Of a stretch of DNA of 64,000 nucleotides, positions 10,828 through 21,356 are shown piece after piece. The position numbers were made by a program, and so were the translations under genes. This stretch comes from Phormidesmis sp. (GTDB lineage Bacteria; Cyanobacteriota; Cyanobacteriia; Leptolyngbyales; Leptolyngbyaceae): contig CBDFJR010000005.1 in NCBI GenBank assembly GCA_965248535.1, forward strand, positions 320,001-384,000. The letters are read 5' to 3'. A model generated the notes under the pieces. The model made no database searches, was not told the DNA's origin, and was given only the letters and a program-made list of their open reading frames with translations. Within the stretch, counting starts at the first letter, position 1, and the number at the start of each line of letters is the position of its first letter.

Positions 10828-12120
10828 TTATGCTCCTGGTTTAATGGTCACAATGCCATAAGCGGCGGTGGGGAGATAGGTTTGAGCCGCAGCCTGCAAC
10901 TCAGCCGTGGTCAGCGATTGAATGTGAGTCGGGTAGTTAAAAGCTGGCTCTAAACTGCCGATTTGTGACTGATAATAGCCATATAAACCTGAGCGATCGC
11001 TGGGGGTTTCGTTGCCAAAAATAAAGTGATTGGCCACTTGAGTTCGCACTCGTGACATCTCAGACTCAGTGACAAACTCAGCTTGCAGGGTTTGAAGGTG
11101 TTGGACGATCGCCGTCTCTACAGCTTCTAAATTCTCAACGGGCAAATGAGCCGACACGCAAAACAATCCCTGATGGCGATAGGTCATATTGCTGGCAGAA
11201 ACGCTAGAGACTAAACCCCGTCGTTCGCGCAAATCTTGCACCAGTCGGGAGGTGCGCCCGTGACCCAAAACGCTAGCCAGAACATCAAGCGCGTAAGTTT
11301 TTGATAAGTCATCAAGTCCCGGTACGCGCCAGATCATTGTCAATCGGGCTTGTTGAAGGCTGGTATCGACATACTCCTGCCGCACAATCTCTGTAAACGG
11401 CCTCTCAGACGCATATTGAGTTCTCGCAGGCTCTTGCCCTCTGACCTTTGACCCCAAACTATTAAAACTATCTTCAACCGTGCCGATTAGCGTCTCGACG
11501 GGCAGGTTCCCGATCGCCACGGCTGTGATTGAAGCAGGCTGATACCACTGGTGATGAAAGTCTCGCATCTGTTGAGCCGCCAGATTTTCGATCACGGTGG
11601 CAGGGCCGAGCACTTGGCGGCGATAGGGAAGTTTGTCAAAGGCCAAATCGGTCATGCGCTGATAGTTGCGGCGGCGGGCATTGTCTTCCGATCGCCGAAT
11701 TTCTTCTAACACCACAAAGCGCTCTCGGTCAAACCCATCATCAGGAATGCTGGCATTCAGCACCACATCCATTTGCAAAGGGGCCAAGTCTACAAAATCT
11801 TTAGGAGCCGTCGTGATGTAGTAGTGCGTGTAATCTTGGCTGGTCGCCGCGTTGGTGACTGCGCCGCGTTCTTCAATCTGCTTTTCAAAGTCGCCACTGT
11901 TGAGGCGAGCCGTGCCTTTAAACACCATGTGTTCTAAAAAGTGAGCCATGCCGTTGATCTCATCTGACTCGATCGCCGACCCGACATTGAGCCACACATT
12001 GAGGTTGACCGCCTCGATCGGAAGCTGCTCGGCAATAATAGTCAACCCATTGGGCAAGCGGTGAATCGTAGGAGCGTTGAGTTTGGCGATCGAAGAAGAC
12101 TTGACAAGAATTGAGGTCAT
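10828..12120 (-). CDS. M16 (pitrilysin) family zinc peptidase
   Basis: HFLEH inverted zinc motif, NAATSQDYT. Confidence 0.9.
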   Translation of the reverse strand: MTSILVKSSSIAKLNAPTIHRLPNGLTIIAEQLPIEAVNLNVWLNVGSAIESDEINGMAHFLEHMVFKGTARLNSGDFEKQIEERGAVTNAATSQDYTHYYITTAPKDFVDLAPLQMDVVLNASIPDDGFDRERFVVLEEIRRSEDNARRRNYQRMTDLAFDKLPYRRQVLGPATVIENLAAQQMRDFHHQWYQPASITAVAIGNLPVETLIGTVEDSFNSLGSKVRGQEPARTQYASERPFTEIVRQEYVDTSLQQARLTMIWRVPGLDDLSKTYALDVLASVLGHGRTSRLVQDLRERRGLVSSVSASNMTYRHQGLFCVSAHLPVENLEAVETAIVQHLQTLQAEFVTESEMSRVRTQVANHFIFGNETPSDRSGLYGYYQSQIGSLEPAFNYPTHIQSLTTAELQAAAQTYLPTAAYGIVTIKPGA

Positions 12121-12244
12121 GATTTGCCCAATGTTGGCGACTGCTTCATTCATCTTAATGGTCTCAAAGTCTTAAAGCGAGATTTTTCGGTCGAGAACAG
12201 GAGGACGTTAGAATATGAAGACAAGTGTTAAGAAATGTGACGTT

Positions 12245-13780
12245 ATGTCTACACAGGTTGCTGCTGACCAATCTTCTCGCGTCGTCGTAATTGGTGCCGG
12301 AATCGGTGGCTTAACGACGGCAGCTTTGTTGGCACATCGTGGCTATCAGGTGTTGGTGTTAGATCAAGCCTTAGTTCCGGGTGGATGTGCTTCGACTTTT
12401 AAGCGACAGGGTTTCACGTTTGATGTAGGCGCGACTCAGGTAGCAGGCTTAGAACCCGGAGGCATTCATCATCGAATTTTCTCTGAGCTAGAAATCGACT
12501 TGCCTGAAGCGATTCCCTGCGATCCTGCCTGTGCGGTTTTTTTGCCCGGTGAAACTGAGCCAATCAACGTCTGGCGTGATCCGCAAAAATGGCAGGCAGA
12601 ACGAGAGCGGCAGTTTCCTGGCAGTGCTCCTTTTTGGCAGCTTCTGGCGGATTTGTTCAAACATAGCTGGGCGTTTCAGATGCGCGACCCGGTGCTGCCG
12701 CCTCGCAATATTTGGGATTTGTGGCAACTCACCAAAGCCGTGCGTCCCGACACGTTGATGACGCTGCCTCACACCTTCTCAACGGTCGGAGATGCCCTAC
12801 GCGGATATGGGTTGGGTGACAATCAGCGCTTGAGAACCTTTTTAGATTTGCAGCTTAAACTCTATTCTCAAGTTAACGCTGAGGAGACGGCTTTGCTTTA
12901 TGCAGCAACCGCTTTGGGCGTTTCGCAAGCGCCACACGGGTTGTTTCACCTTGAGGGCAGTATGCAGGTGTTGAGCGATCGTCTCGTCTCGGCGTTAGAG
13001 CGCGTTTACCCCGAAGGGGGAACTGCTGCGCAACGCGGTCACCTCCTAATGCGTCACACGGTCGAAAAGATTCACCTCCAAGCCGGAAAGCCCACAGGAG
13101 TCACGATCCGCAATCAGAAGACAGGCGAAACTTGGGTTGAACCCGCCGATCGCGTTGTTGCCAATGTCACGGTTCAAAATCTGATGCAGCTTTTAGACGA
13201 AGATGCCCCAAAAGGCTATCAGCGTCGAGTTGATAAGCTGCCTCCGTCTTCTGGCGCATTCGTCATTTATTTAGGCGTTGATCAGTCGGCGATTCCTGAT
13301 CACTGTCCGCCACATCTGCAATTTTTATATGACTATGAGGGCGCGATCGGAGAAAACAATTCTCTATTCGTCTCAGTCAGCCATCCTGGAGATGGTCGCG
13401 CTCCTGACGGCAAAGCGACGGTGATCGCGTCGTCCTTCACCGATTCGGCACTGTGGTTTCAGTGCGATGACTATGAGGCGTTGAAGAAAAAATATAGTGA
13501 GGAAGCGATCGCTCGTCTCAGCCAGTTCTTTGATTTAGAGGGCACGATCGTTTACCAGGAAGCCGCGACTCCTCGGACGTTTCAACACTTTACGGGGCGC
13601 GATCGCGGTGCAGTTGGCGGCATTGGTCAGCGAGTGCCAACGTTTGGCCCGTTTGGATTTGCCAATCGCACCCCGATTAAAGATCTGTGGCTTGTAGGTG
13701 ACTCAACTCATCCCGGTGAGGGCACGGCGGGCGTGAGTTATTCGGCTTTGACTGTGGTGAGGCAGATCGAAGCGGAGTAA
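12245..13780 (+). CDS. crtD: Carotenoid C-3',4' desaturase CrtD
   Basis: GAGIGG FAD motif, FDVGATQVAGLEPGGIH, GDSTHPGEGTAGVS. Confidence 0.85.
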   Translation: MSTQVAADQSSRVVVIGAGIGGLTTAALLAHRGYQVLVLDQALVPGGCASTFKRQGFTFDVGATQVAGLEPGGIHHRIFSELEIDLPEAIPCDPACAVFLPGETEPINVWRDPQKWQAERERQFPGSAPFWQLLADLFKHSWAFQMRDPVLPPRNIWDLWQLTKAVRPDTLMTLPHTFSTVGDALRGYGLGDNQRLRTFLDLQLKLYSQVNAEETALLYAATALGVSQAPHGLFHLEGSMQVLSDRLVSALERVYPEGGTAAQRGHLLMRHTVEKIHLQAGKPTGVTIRNQKTGETWVEPADRVVANVTVQNLMQLLDEDAPKGYQRRVDKLPPSSGAFVIYLGVDQSAIPDHCPPHLQFLYDYEGAIGENNSLFVSVSHPGDGRAPDGKATVIASSFTDSALWFQCDDYEALKKKYSEEAIARLSQFFDLEGTIVYQEAATPRTFQHFTGRDRGAVGGIGQRVPTFGPFGFANRTPIKDLWLVGDSTHPGEGTAGVSYSALTVVRQIEAE

Positions 13781-13809
13781 ATGCTACGATCGTTCCTATT
13801 CTTTCACGG

Positions 13810-14094
13810 TTGACGGTGATGAATCTTCCTCCTCAGCTACAGCAAAAAGTTGAACAATGGTCAAATTTGCAGGGAATTGAGCCAGAGCAATTCATTATGG
13901 ACGCGATCGCCGAGAAAGTGAATCGGCTCGATCTGCAACAACCCAAACTTCTTTCTGAACCTAGACTCTATCGAAAAAGCGGTGTCTTAGTTGTAGAAGC
14001 TGGATGGGATGAGGACATAGATATTAACGAATTTATTGACCGTTTGCGTGAAGAGCGGAATCAGGAGATATGGGCGGGTGAAAGTTCTATTTGA
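13810..14094 (+). CDS. Putative antitoxin
   Basis: Small acidic protein overlapping a downstream PIN gene. Confidence 0.6.
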   Translation: MTVMNLPPQLQQKVEQWSNLQGIEPEQFIMDAIAEKVNRLDLQQPKLLSEPRLYRKSGVLVVEAGWDEDIDINEFIDRLREERNQEIWAGESSI

Positions 14095-14513
14095 TACTTC
14101 TGTTTTGGTTGCCTGCACTTGTGGTAGAGCATCCTCGGCATTCCGTTTGTTTTCCCTGGCTCGAACAATCGAGACAACAGGAAATTCAGGCATTCATCTC
14201 GACTCATACATTAGCTGAAGCATATTCTGTATTGACAGGTACTCCTACTCGATCGCGGATTTCTCCGGCGGTTGCTCAAGAACTGCTGACAGATTGCTTG
14301 CGATATTTTGAAGTAGTTTCTATCGATGCTGATGATTATCAAGCAGCGATCGCTCAAATGGTCGCACTGAACCTACCAGGCGGTGGAATCTATGACGCAC
14401 TGATTGCACAGGCCGCTCTTAAAGGTAATGCAGAGGTCTTACTGACGCTAAACGCGAAGCATTTCACTCGATTGGGAGATACGATCGCGCCTCTCGTACA
14501 AACTCCACAGTAG
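14078..14513 (+). CDS. PIN-domain (VapC-type) toxin, with a frameshift near 14113
   Basis: GTG start gives MKVLFDTSVLVA; continues in the next frame as ALVVEHPRH...HTLAEAYSVLT...IYDALI...LLTLN. Confidence 0.8.
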
Positions 14514-14553
14514 TTTTTTGCAATCAAATCAGAGTTTTTCAGTTAGAGGAACT

Positions 14554-16227
14554 CTACAACCGCCAAAGTGTTTTTAGACAGTTGATAAGTTTTATCTGCC
14601 GTCGATCAATAACTATTGATGTCCACTCTTCATCATGAAGCACTTGTGTTGTTAGTGCAAAAGGGCAAACTCCAGAGCTTGTAGTGAAGTATTTCTTCTT
14701 CTTTGTCCCGAATTCATAGTTCTGTGACTCACTATTTTTTGCACGCGAGAGCAAAACTAAGTTACCTAGACGATGAACATACTGCTGACGAATTTCTTCA
14801 GTAGGAAACCACTGCATCCATTCACTTTCGCTTGCCGGATTTTGGGGCAATACGTGTTCAACTGTAATAATGCGATGATCATAAGAAGCTTCGCCTGTGG
14901 AAAGTTCAGCATCCAAACGTAGCAAAACATACAGGCGAATTCTTCGAGCTAAATAGAGATCACCATTAAGGTTTCGTAAAATATTGTGCTGTTCTTCAGA
15001 AGTCAATTGAAGAGGCGAGTCTACTTGAAATAAGTCTCCCTCAGCGTTGATCGCGCTCAACAAACGGCTGAATCGTTCGATTCGCTGATTGATGTTTGAT
15101 CGTTGAATCATCAGACCTGCGGCAAGCCTCTCTAAGTCTGTGAAAAAACGAATAAGCAGATCAGAATCGTTGCGATATTTTGACAGAAAAAGGATCGCGG
15201 GTGGCACCCAATCAGAACTATCGACCCAGTTCAGCCACTTGAACAAGCTGTTGACTTTCTCTGCCCGTCGATCGCTCTGATAAGTTAACGTGTAAATTTC
15301 TTGAAAGGCATCAGCAAGGGGACAAAGAATCTCATCGATAAATTTCTGAGGGTGCTCGGTTGGCTTTACGTGCTCACGAAATTCTTTGATCACGCTGCCA
15401 GCAGGTTTTGCCTTGCGATAAATCATGCGAATGTGAGAGAACAGGCCTTTGAATTGCTCTCTGCCTAACCTCTCTTCAGTGTCTTCCCATCGAATTGTGT
15501 ATTTCTCTTGGTACTGTTCAGGGAGTTTTCCAATGACCTCAGCTTTGAGAATGTCTGTAGGGGATAGATCGAGTCCTCGATCATTCATGACTGAGAATAT
15601 TCGATAGGCAGAATCAGAATCGGGTGTGGTGACGACAACTAGGAAGCATCTTGTTGCAATGAACTTTCCCAAGCGGATGCGCTGTGATTCTGATATTTGT
15701 TCAAGTCTAGATAGCAGTTTGTTTGCATTATCTTTGATATTGCATTGGCTATCGGAGAGTCCGTTAGAGTTTAAGATCTTGAGCTTGTCAACTCCATTCT
15801 CGTCTTGAATGTATTTTCTGAAAAACTCTTTATCTCGATCGCGCAAGGTTAAACGATAATGCTTCTCTACCCCAGCAAACGAGTCCTCTGGCTGACAAAG
15901 ACGAAGTGTTATGCCACTTGCGAAATCGGAAGGTACTAATGTTCGCAGTGCTGATAACAGGATCGTTATGGTTGTGAGGCGCTGCTGACCATCCACAACT
16001 TCAGAATCACGCTCAGTTCCCTTAATCAGCACAATGCTGCCAAGAAAATAGGGATCATTCTGATCAATTTCTTCGCTACCATCGCCCAAAGCTGTGATAA
16101 GGTCATCTAGCAAATCTTCAGATTGCTCAGTCGTCCAAGCATAGGGGCGTTGGTAGCCTGGAATTTTGAAGGTGAATTCATCACTAAAAACTTTGTAGAG
16201 GGGATATTCAGCAGCTTTAATAGACAT
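14554..16227 (-). CDS. DUF262 + DUF1524 (HNH) protein, GmrSD/SspE-like restriction nuclease
   Basis: IPGYQRPYAW, VVDGQQRLTT, FSVMNDRGLDLS; EHVLPQ...HRLGNLVLLSRAKNS. Confidence 0.88.
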   Translation of the reverse strand: MSIKAAEYPLYKVFSDEFTFKIPGYQRPYAWTTEQSEDLLDDLITALGDGSEEIDQNDPYFLGSIVLIKGTERDSEVVDGQQRLTTITILLSALRTLVPSDFASGITLRLCQPEDSFAGVEKHYRLTLRDRDKEFFRKYIQDENGVDKLKILNSNGLSDSQCNIKDNANKLLSRLEQISESQRIRLGKFIATRCFLVVVTTPDSDSAYRIFSVMNDRGLDLSPTDILKAEVIGKLPEQYQEKYTIRWEDTEERLGREQFKGLFSHIRMIYRKAKPAGSVIKEFREHVKPTEHPQKFIDEILCPLADAFQEIYTLTYQSDRRAEKVNSLFKWLNWVDSSDWVPPAILFLSKYRNDSDLLIRFFTDLERLAAGLMIQRSNINQRIERFSRLLSAINAEGDLFQVDSPLQLTSEEQHNILRNLNGDLYLARRIRLYVLLRLDAELSTGEASYDHRIITVEHVLPQNPASESEWMQWFPTEEIRQQYVHRLGNLVLLSRAKNSESQNYEFGTKKKKYFTTSSGVCPFALTTQVLHDEEWTSIVIDRRQIKLINCLKTLWRL

Positions 16228-16334
16228 CCGTATAAATTTTCTCAGGGAAGCATTATTGGTTACGTTTCTGTAATCAATGGTGGCTCATTTTCACTTAAAT
16301 GTCACAGTTTCTGAGAAGCACGGTTATTGGAATC

Positions 16335-16442
16335 CTCAAGTACGTCACAGTACGCCTCTTCCTCCAGCGCATCGGCGGTCGCTATCGCTTTATTCACAAG
16401 CTTTTGCAAGAACACTTTGCAGGAATGAGGGGTGAGGGATGA
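16335..16442 (+). repeat. NACHT-protein 3'-tail remnant, copy 1
   Basis: Translates LKYVTVRLFLQRIGGRYRFIHKLLQEHFAGMRGEG*; no parent gene. Confidence 0.75.
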
Positions 16443-16490
16443 GAAACTGGGCAAGGTAAACTAGAGTGAATCCTTACTGCTAGAACCGCA

Positions 16491-16706
16491 ATGCAAGTCA
16501 AAGATTTAACGACCGACGAACTTAAGACTTTAATTCGCGAAACCGTTCTAGAAACCTTAGAAGCGTTTCTGGATGACCCCGATGAAGGCAAAGAAATTCG
16601 TCCAGAAGTAAAACAACAACTGATCGACTCACTACAGCAGACACGCACCGGAGAACGCGGAATTCCAGCAGCAGAAGTCGCCAGAAAACTGGGCTTGTCC
16701 TGGTAA
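16491..16706 (+). CDS. Antitoxin (RelE partner)
   Basis: 71 aa, TAATG overlap with the toxin, ends EVARKLGL. Confidence 0.8.
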   Translation: MQVKDLTTDELKTLIRETVLETLEAFLDDPDEGKEIRPEVKQQLIDSLQQTRTGERGIPAAEVARKLGLSW

Positions 16707-16966
16707 TGGAATACACAGTTGAATTTAAGGCTGCGGCACTTTCCCAACTAGAACACATTAGCCAGAACAATCAGAAACGAATCCTTCGTAAAATTCGTTG
16801 GCTCACAGATAACTTTGAGCAACTCACGCCCCAACCGCTCACAGGGGAGTTAAGTCGTCTATTTAAGCTGAGAATTGGTGATTATCGCGCCCTCTACTCC
16901 TTCGATGAGGAAACCCAAATCATCACCTTCCATCGCATTGGGCACCGCAGCGAAATCTACTTGTGA
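16706..16966 (+). CDS. RelE/ParE family toxin
   Basis: LTGELSRLFKLRIGDYRALY...IGHRSEIY. Confidence 0.9.
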   Translation: MEYTVEFKAAALSQLEHISQNNQKRILRKIRWLTDNFEQLTPQPLTGELSRLFKLRIGDYRALYSFDEETQIITFHRIGHRSEIYL

Positions 16967-16980
16967 GACAGCGCCTCCAA

Positions 16981-17112
16981 TTTCTCCACTACGCCACCGA
17001 TCGCCTCTTCCTCCAGCGAGTCGGTGGTCGCTACCGCTTCATTCACAAGCTCTTGCAAGAGCACTTTGCAGCGATGAGTGAAGTTTCCGCTCCGCTTCGC
17101 GAGGAGAGATGA
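16981..17112 (+). repeat. NACHT-protein 3'-tail remnant, copy 2
   Basis: Translates FLHYATDRLFLQRVGGRYRFIHKLLQEHFAAMSEVSAPLREER*. Confidence 0.8.
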
Positions 17113-17152
17113 GGAATTAAACTGAGAAAGTTAGAAGTTCTCGAAAAGCAAG

Positions 17153-17413
17153 ATGGACGTTAGTAAAGAAAGCCAACAACCCTCGATCGACCCCTCTCAA
17201 TCCCCAGCAACAGTGGATGAACCATTGAGAGCGATCGCCTACAGTATGGATGTCCTGATTCCAGGCTTTTATCTCTGGCTCGGTGCCTTCAAACTTCGCA
17301 TCGGTGGCAGCCTGCCAGAAACGACCTATCCTGGCACACTCCATAGCTTTGCTGGCATTTCCGTTGTTTTACCAGGCTATCGAATCTACACAACCTATCA
17401 CGGCAGTTATTGA
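17153..17413 (+). CDS. Hypothetical protein (first of a coupled pair)
   Basis: 86-aa ATG ORF overlapping the next ORF. Confidence 0.65.
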   Translation: MDVSKESQQPSIDPSQSPATVDEPLRAIAYSMDVLIPGFYLWLGAFKLRIGGSLPETTYPGTLHSFAGISVVLPGYRIYTTYHGSY

Positions 17414-17640
17414 CCCTCGATAAACACAAAATCGATGGAGTGCCCCAAATTACCGTGAGAGTTTTGCCAACCGAAGAGTTCGACGCACTGCTGATACAAG
17501 CTGGATACCGCAAGATTGGATCGGCTCCTGCTCAAGGAAACCGCATCAAAAGCGGGTGGATTCATTCAACATTTGCCAGAGTCGAAGCGATTTACAGCCC
17601 AGACGGAACCCTAGCAATTACCGCATATCACATCACTTGA
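17410..17640 (+). CDS. Hypothetical protein, loosely HicA-like
   Basis: 76 aa; FDALLIQAGY...QGNRIKSGWIH pattern. Confidence 0.6.
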   Translation: MTLDKHKIDGVPQITVRVLPTEEFDALLIQAGYRKIGSAPAQGNRIKSGWIHSTFARVEAIYSPDGTLAITAYHIT

Positions 17641-17667
17641 TAGAGAATTACTGAGTACCCCACATAA

Positions 17668-17814
17668 CGCCTCTTCCTCCAGCGAGTCGGAAAACACAAC
17701 GTGTGGCGAAGCTTTCGCGATGCCCTCGGCTCTCGTTTGTGAGTTCGCTTCATTCACAAGCTCTTGCAAGAACACTTCGCCAAAATGGAAAAATCGGGAC
17801 GATCGTCCCCGTGA
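17668..17814 (+). repeat. NACHT-protein 3'-tail remnant, copy 3, with an internal insertion
   Basis: RLFLQRVG-[insert containing a stop]-RFIHKLLQEHFAKMEKSGRSSP*. Confidence 0.75.
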
Positions 17815-17848
17815 TATCTTGACTCCATCACCCCACCCACATTGAGCT

Positions 17849-18085
17849 ATGAACCCCTCTCAACCCAAACAGCAATTTACCGCAATCATTGAACGAGAAG
17901 GTGATGGATATGTTGCGCTCTGTCCTGAACTGGATATTGCAAGTCAAGGTGACACCGTAGAGCAAGCTAAACAGAATCTCACCGAAGCGGTAGAGCTATT
18001 TTTTGAGGTTGCCGACCCTTCAGAAGTTAAGAGACGCTTGCGAACCGACGTGTTTATTACCCGATTGGAGGTCGCCGTTGGGTAA
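17849..18085 (+). CDS. hicB: HicB family antitoxin
   Basis: FTAIIEREGDGYVALCPELDIASQGDTVEQAKQNLTEA. Confidence 0.9.
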   Translation: MNPSQPKQQFTAIIEREGDGYVALCPELDIASQGDTVEQAKQNLTEAVELFFEVADPSEVKRRLRTDVFITRLEVAVG

Positions 18086-18302
18086 GCTTCGCGTGTTATC
18101 AGGGCAACAAGTTTGCCGCATTCTCGAAGAACAGGGGTTTATTGAAGTTCGGCAAAAAGGCAGCCACATCATCATGCAGTTTGCAACCGATGAGACGACT
18201 GTGACGGTTCCAATACCCAACCATTCAGAACTTCGTACTGGAACATTACGCTCCATCATTCGCCAGTGCGGTCTTCCTCGTGAATTGTTTGAGGTGACTT
18301 AG
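18078..18302 (+). CDS. hicA: HicA family toxin
   Basis: TTG start MGKLRVLSG...GFIEVRQKGSH...PNHSELRTGTLRSII. Confidence 0.9.
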   Translation: MGKLRVLSGQQVCRILEEQGFIEVRQKGSHIIMQFATDETTVTVPIPNHSELRTGTLRSIIRQCGLPRELFEVT

Positions 18303-18313
18303 CCAAGTTTCTA

Positions 18314-20272
18314 TCACCGCCCCACAATTTTCTTCCACGCTGCAATCTGAAGTTGAGCTTGAGCATAGGCATTTGTGCGCGGCGGAATCTTTTGAGCCGT
18401 CACGATCGCGCCCCCCATATCCGTGTCTGCTTGGCTAATAGCCGCCTGCAAAATTTGCTGACTCCACAGCCCGATCGCTTGCTCAGCCTCACTCCTTTGA
18501 GGACTCGCACCCGGAACCCCATTAGCCAACCGAATCGCTTCAACAAGGGAATCAGGAGTGCCACCATTGGCTGCAATTTTGGCTTGCTGAAGGCCTTGTT
18601 CGGCTTGCTGTCGGCGCTGCCAAGTTTGCAACTTTGATTGAGCATCGTCATAGATTGCGCTTTTAGAGCCGATGCTTTGAGTAAGCGCGATCGCGCCAGG
18701 TAAATCACCTGACTCAGCCAACCTGTCGGCCTGACTCAAAATCGGCGCATCTTGCAGTTGAGCCAACTGACGATTCCACTGTCTGATTCGGTTTTGGGCC
18801 TCTTTATAGAGAGTCCGACCTGGCCCAATCTGGCTAGCCTGATCCATTGCAGTTTGCAGGTTGGCAATATCACCGCGACTCGCAAACTGATCGGCTTGGT
18901 CGAGCAATGGACGGTCTTGCTGAGTTTGCATTTGTCCGCTCAGATCGGTCGCGAGTTTTTGCGCTTCCTGAGAGCGAGGATTGCTAGACGGCACCAGAGA
19001 CGCTTGAGCGATCGCTGCCTGCAAATCTTCAGGTTTGCCCGACTGAGCCAACTGGCGCGCTTTCTCTAACTGAGCAATGTCGCCCTTCTCTGATTGCCAG
19101 CGATTGAGAAGCGTCTGAGCTTTTGCATAAAGTGGGCGACCCATCTCGACTTTTTGAATCTGAGCGATCGCTTCTTCTAGATCAGCCACTGTTCCGCTCC
19201 AAGATTTAGCCTGAGCGCGGGCAATCACCTCAAAATCTTCGGCTTCGCGCTGCAAGTTGGCGATCGGCGGAATTTTGCTCACAATCTCCAGTGCTCCCTG
19301 CAAGTCGCGGCGGGTCAGGGTGTCTTGCGCCAAATCGAGCATTTTTTGCCCAAACTTAGCGATCGTGTCTTGCGCCTCTTGATAGACATAGCTCTTGGCA
19401 TCGACGTTAGACGCGAGTTTAATCGCCTCCAGCAGGTTAGAAACGCCGCCCCGATCGGCTAAATCTTTGGCTTTGGCAATCTTGCTGATGTCGGCGCGAG
19501 TCACGGTGATTTTTTCGGTCAGTTCTTGATATTTTGTGGTCTGCCAGAAGTTATTCTCAATGGAAAGTAACCGAGCCGCGTCAGAGGACGCTTTACGCCA
19601 ATTTTGATCGCGCAGCGCATCTTCGACTCGCCGATAGATCGCTTCTGCATCTGACCAAATCGCTTGCCAACGGGTGATGCGGGCTTCGACTTCGCTATGG
19701 ATGCTGGCGCTTTGAGGCACCTTGTGAGCAGTGGCGATCGCGTCACCCAACTTGCCCGCGTTAAACGCATCATCGCCCAACTGCAAAATCTCGGTTGACC
19801 ACTGCTCAATCAGTCGCGAAGACTCTTGGTGCAGGGGGTGATCGGGGGGCAAACTGTTGAGAAGCTGAATCGCCTCTAGCAAATCGTTGACCGTTTGCTT
19901 GTTGGCGGCCAGTTGAGCGCAGTGCAGCCGCAGCGAGGCAGAGGCCAGCGGCCAAAAAATAGCCGGACAGTTGGGCACGGCAGGCAGCTTAAACAGAAAC
20001 CCGATCGCCAAAAATGACATCCCACCCGTTAGGGCCAACCCCAAACCTGCTGCGACTCTCCAATCGGTTAAGGCTTGTCTCAGCCGCTTTTTGAAGCGGG
20101 ACTTTGAGAGATTCTGAGACCCCGCAGAACTGGACTGAGATGCCACGATCGCCTCTAAAGGCTGGCTCGGTTGATGCAGAGACAATGACTCTGGGGAGGG
20201 TAACTCAAAGGGGTTCCCTGGTTTTTGCGATTTGGGAAGCCGCCGATCTGGAATGCCGCGATCTCTAGTCAT
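18314..20272 (-). CDS. Membrane-anchored helical-repeat protein (family often labelled chromosome segregation ATPase)
   Basis: TM segment, LPAVPNCPAIFWPLASAS motif, repeated A..I..W helices. Confidence 0.75.
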   Translation of the reverse strand: MTRDRGIPDRRLPKSQKPGNPFELPSPESLSLHQPSQPLEAIVASQSSSAGSQNLSKSRFKKRLRQALTDWRVAAGLGLALTGGMSFLAIGFLFKLPAVPNCPAIFWPLASASLRLHCAQLAANKQTVNDLLEAIQLLNSLPPDHPLHQESSRLIEQWSTEILQLGDDAFNAGKLGDAIATAHKVPQSASIHSEVEARITRWQAIWSDAEAIYRRVEDALRDQNWRKASSDAARLLSIENNFWQTTKYQELTEKITVTRADISKIAKAKDLADRGGVSNLLEAIKLASNVDAKSYVYQEAQDTIAKFGQKMLDLAQDTLTRRDLQGALEIVSKIPPIANLQREAEDFEVIARAQAKSWSGTVADLEEAIAQIQKVEMGRPLYAKAQTLLNRWQSEKGDIAQLEKARQLAQSGKPEDLQAAIAQASLVPSSNPRSQEAQKLATDLSGQMQTQQDRPLLDQADQFASRGDIANLQTAMDQASQIGPGRTLYKEAQNRIRQWNRQLAQLQDAPILSQADRLAESGDLPGAIALTQSIGSKSAIYDDAQSKLQTWQRRQQAEQGLQQAKIAANGGTPDSLVEAIRLANGVPGASPQRSEAEQAIGLWSQQILQAAISQADTDMGGAIVTAQKIPPRTNAYAQAQLQIAAWKKIVGR

Positions 20273-20423
20273 AGACTCTTTAAGAACAGCGCTGTCGCTT
20301 CAGTTTTTTCTAACCATAGACAAGACAATAGATGCAATCCTACTCTTCATCTTGCAAAAAACCAACTTTCTGCCCAAGATTGAGAGGTTTAACAGGTTAA
20401 GATCCGACCTTTCACAATTTTAA

Positions 20424-21266
<843 letters not shown>

Positions 21267-21270
21267 AAAT

Positions 21271-21316
21271 CGTAGAGGTCTGGCCTTGCCGTGCCCATGA
21301 GACGATGCCAGACCCC
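21271..21316. repeat. REP-like palindromic element (degenerate)
   Basis: CGTAG-GGTCTGGC...GCCAGACC; shares TTGCCGTGCCC with the 59145 element. Confidence 0.45.
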
Positions 21317-21356
21317 GATCGGAGTGAATCAGCGTAAATCTACACGTCTAAAGCTC

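Noticed and set aside
16335..17814. Three repeats as a CRISPR array or attC sites
   Set aside because: Spacing is ~650 bp with genes in between, the repeats keep a protein frame, and they lack R''/R' boxes; no cas genes are present
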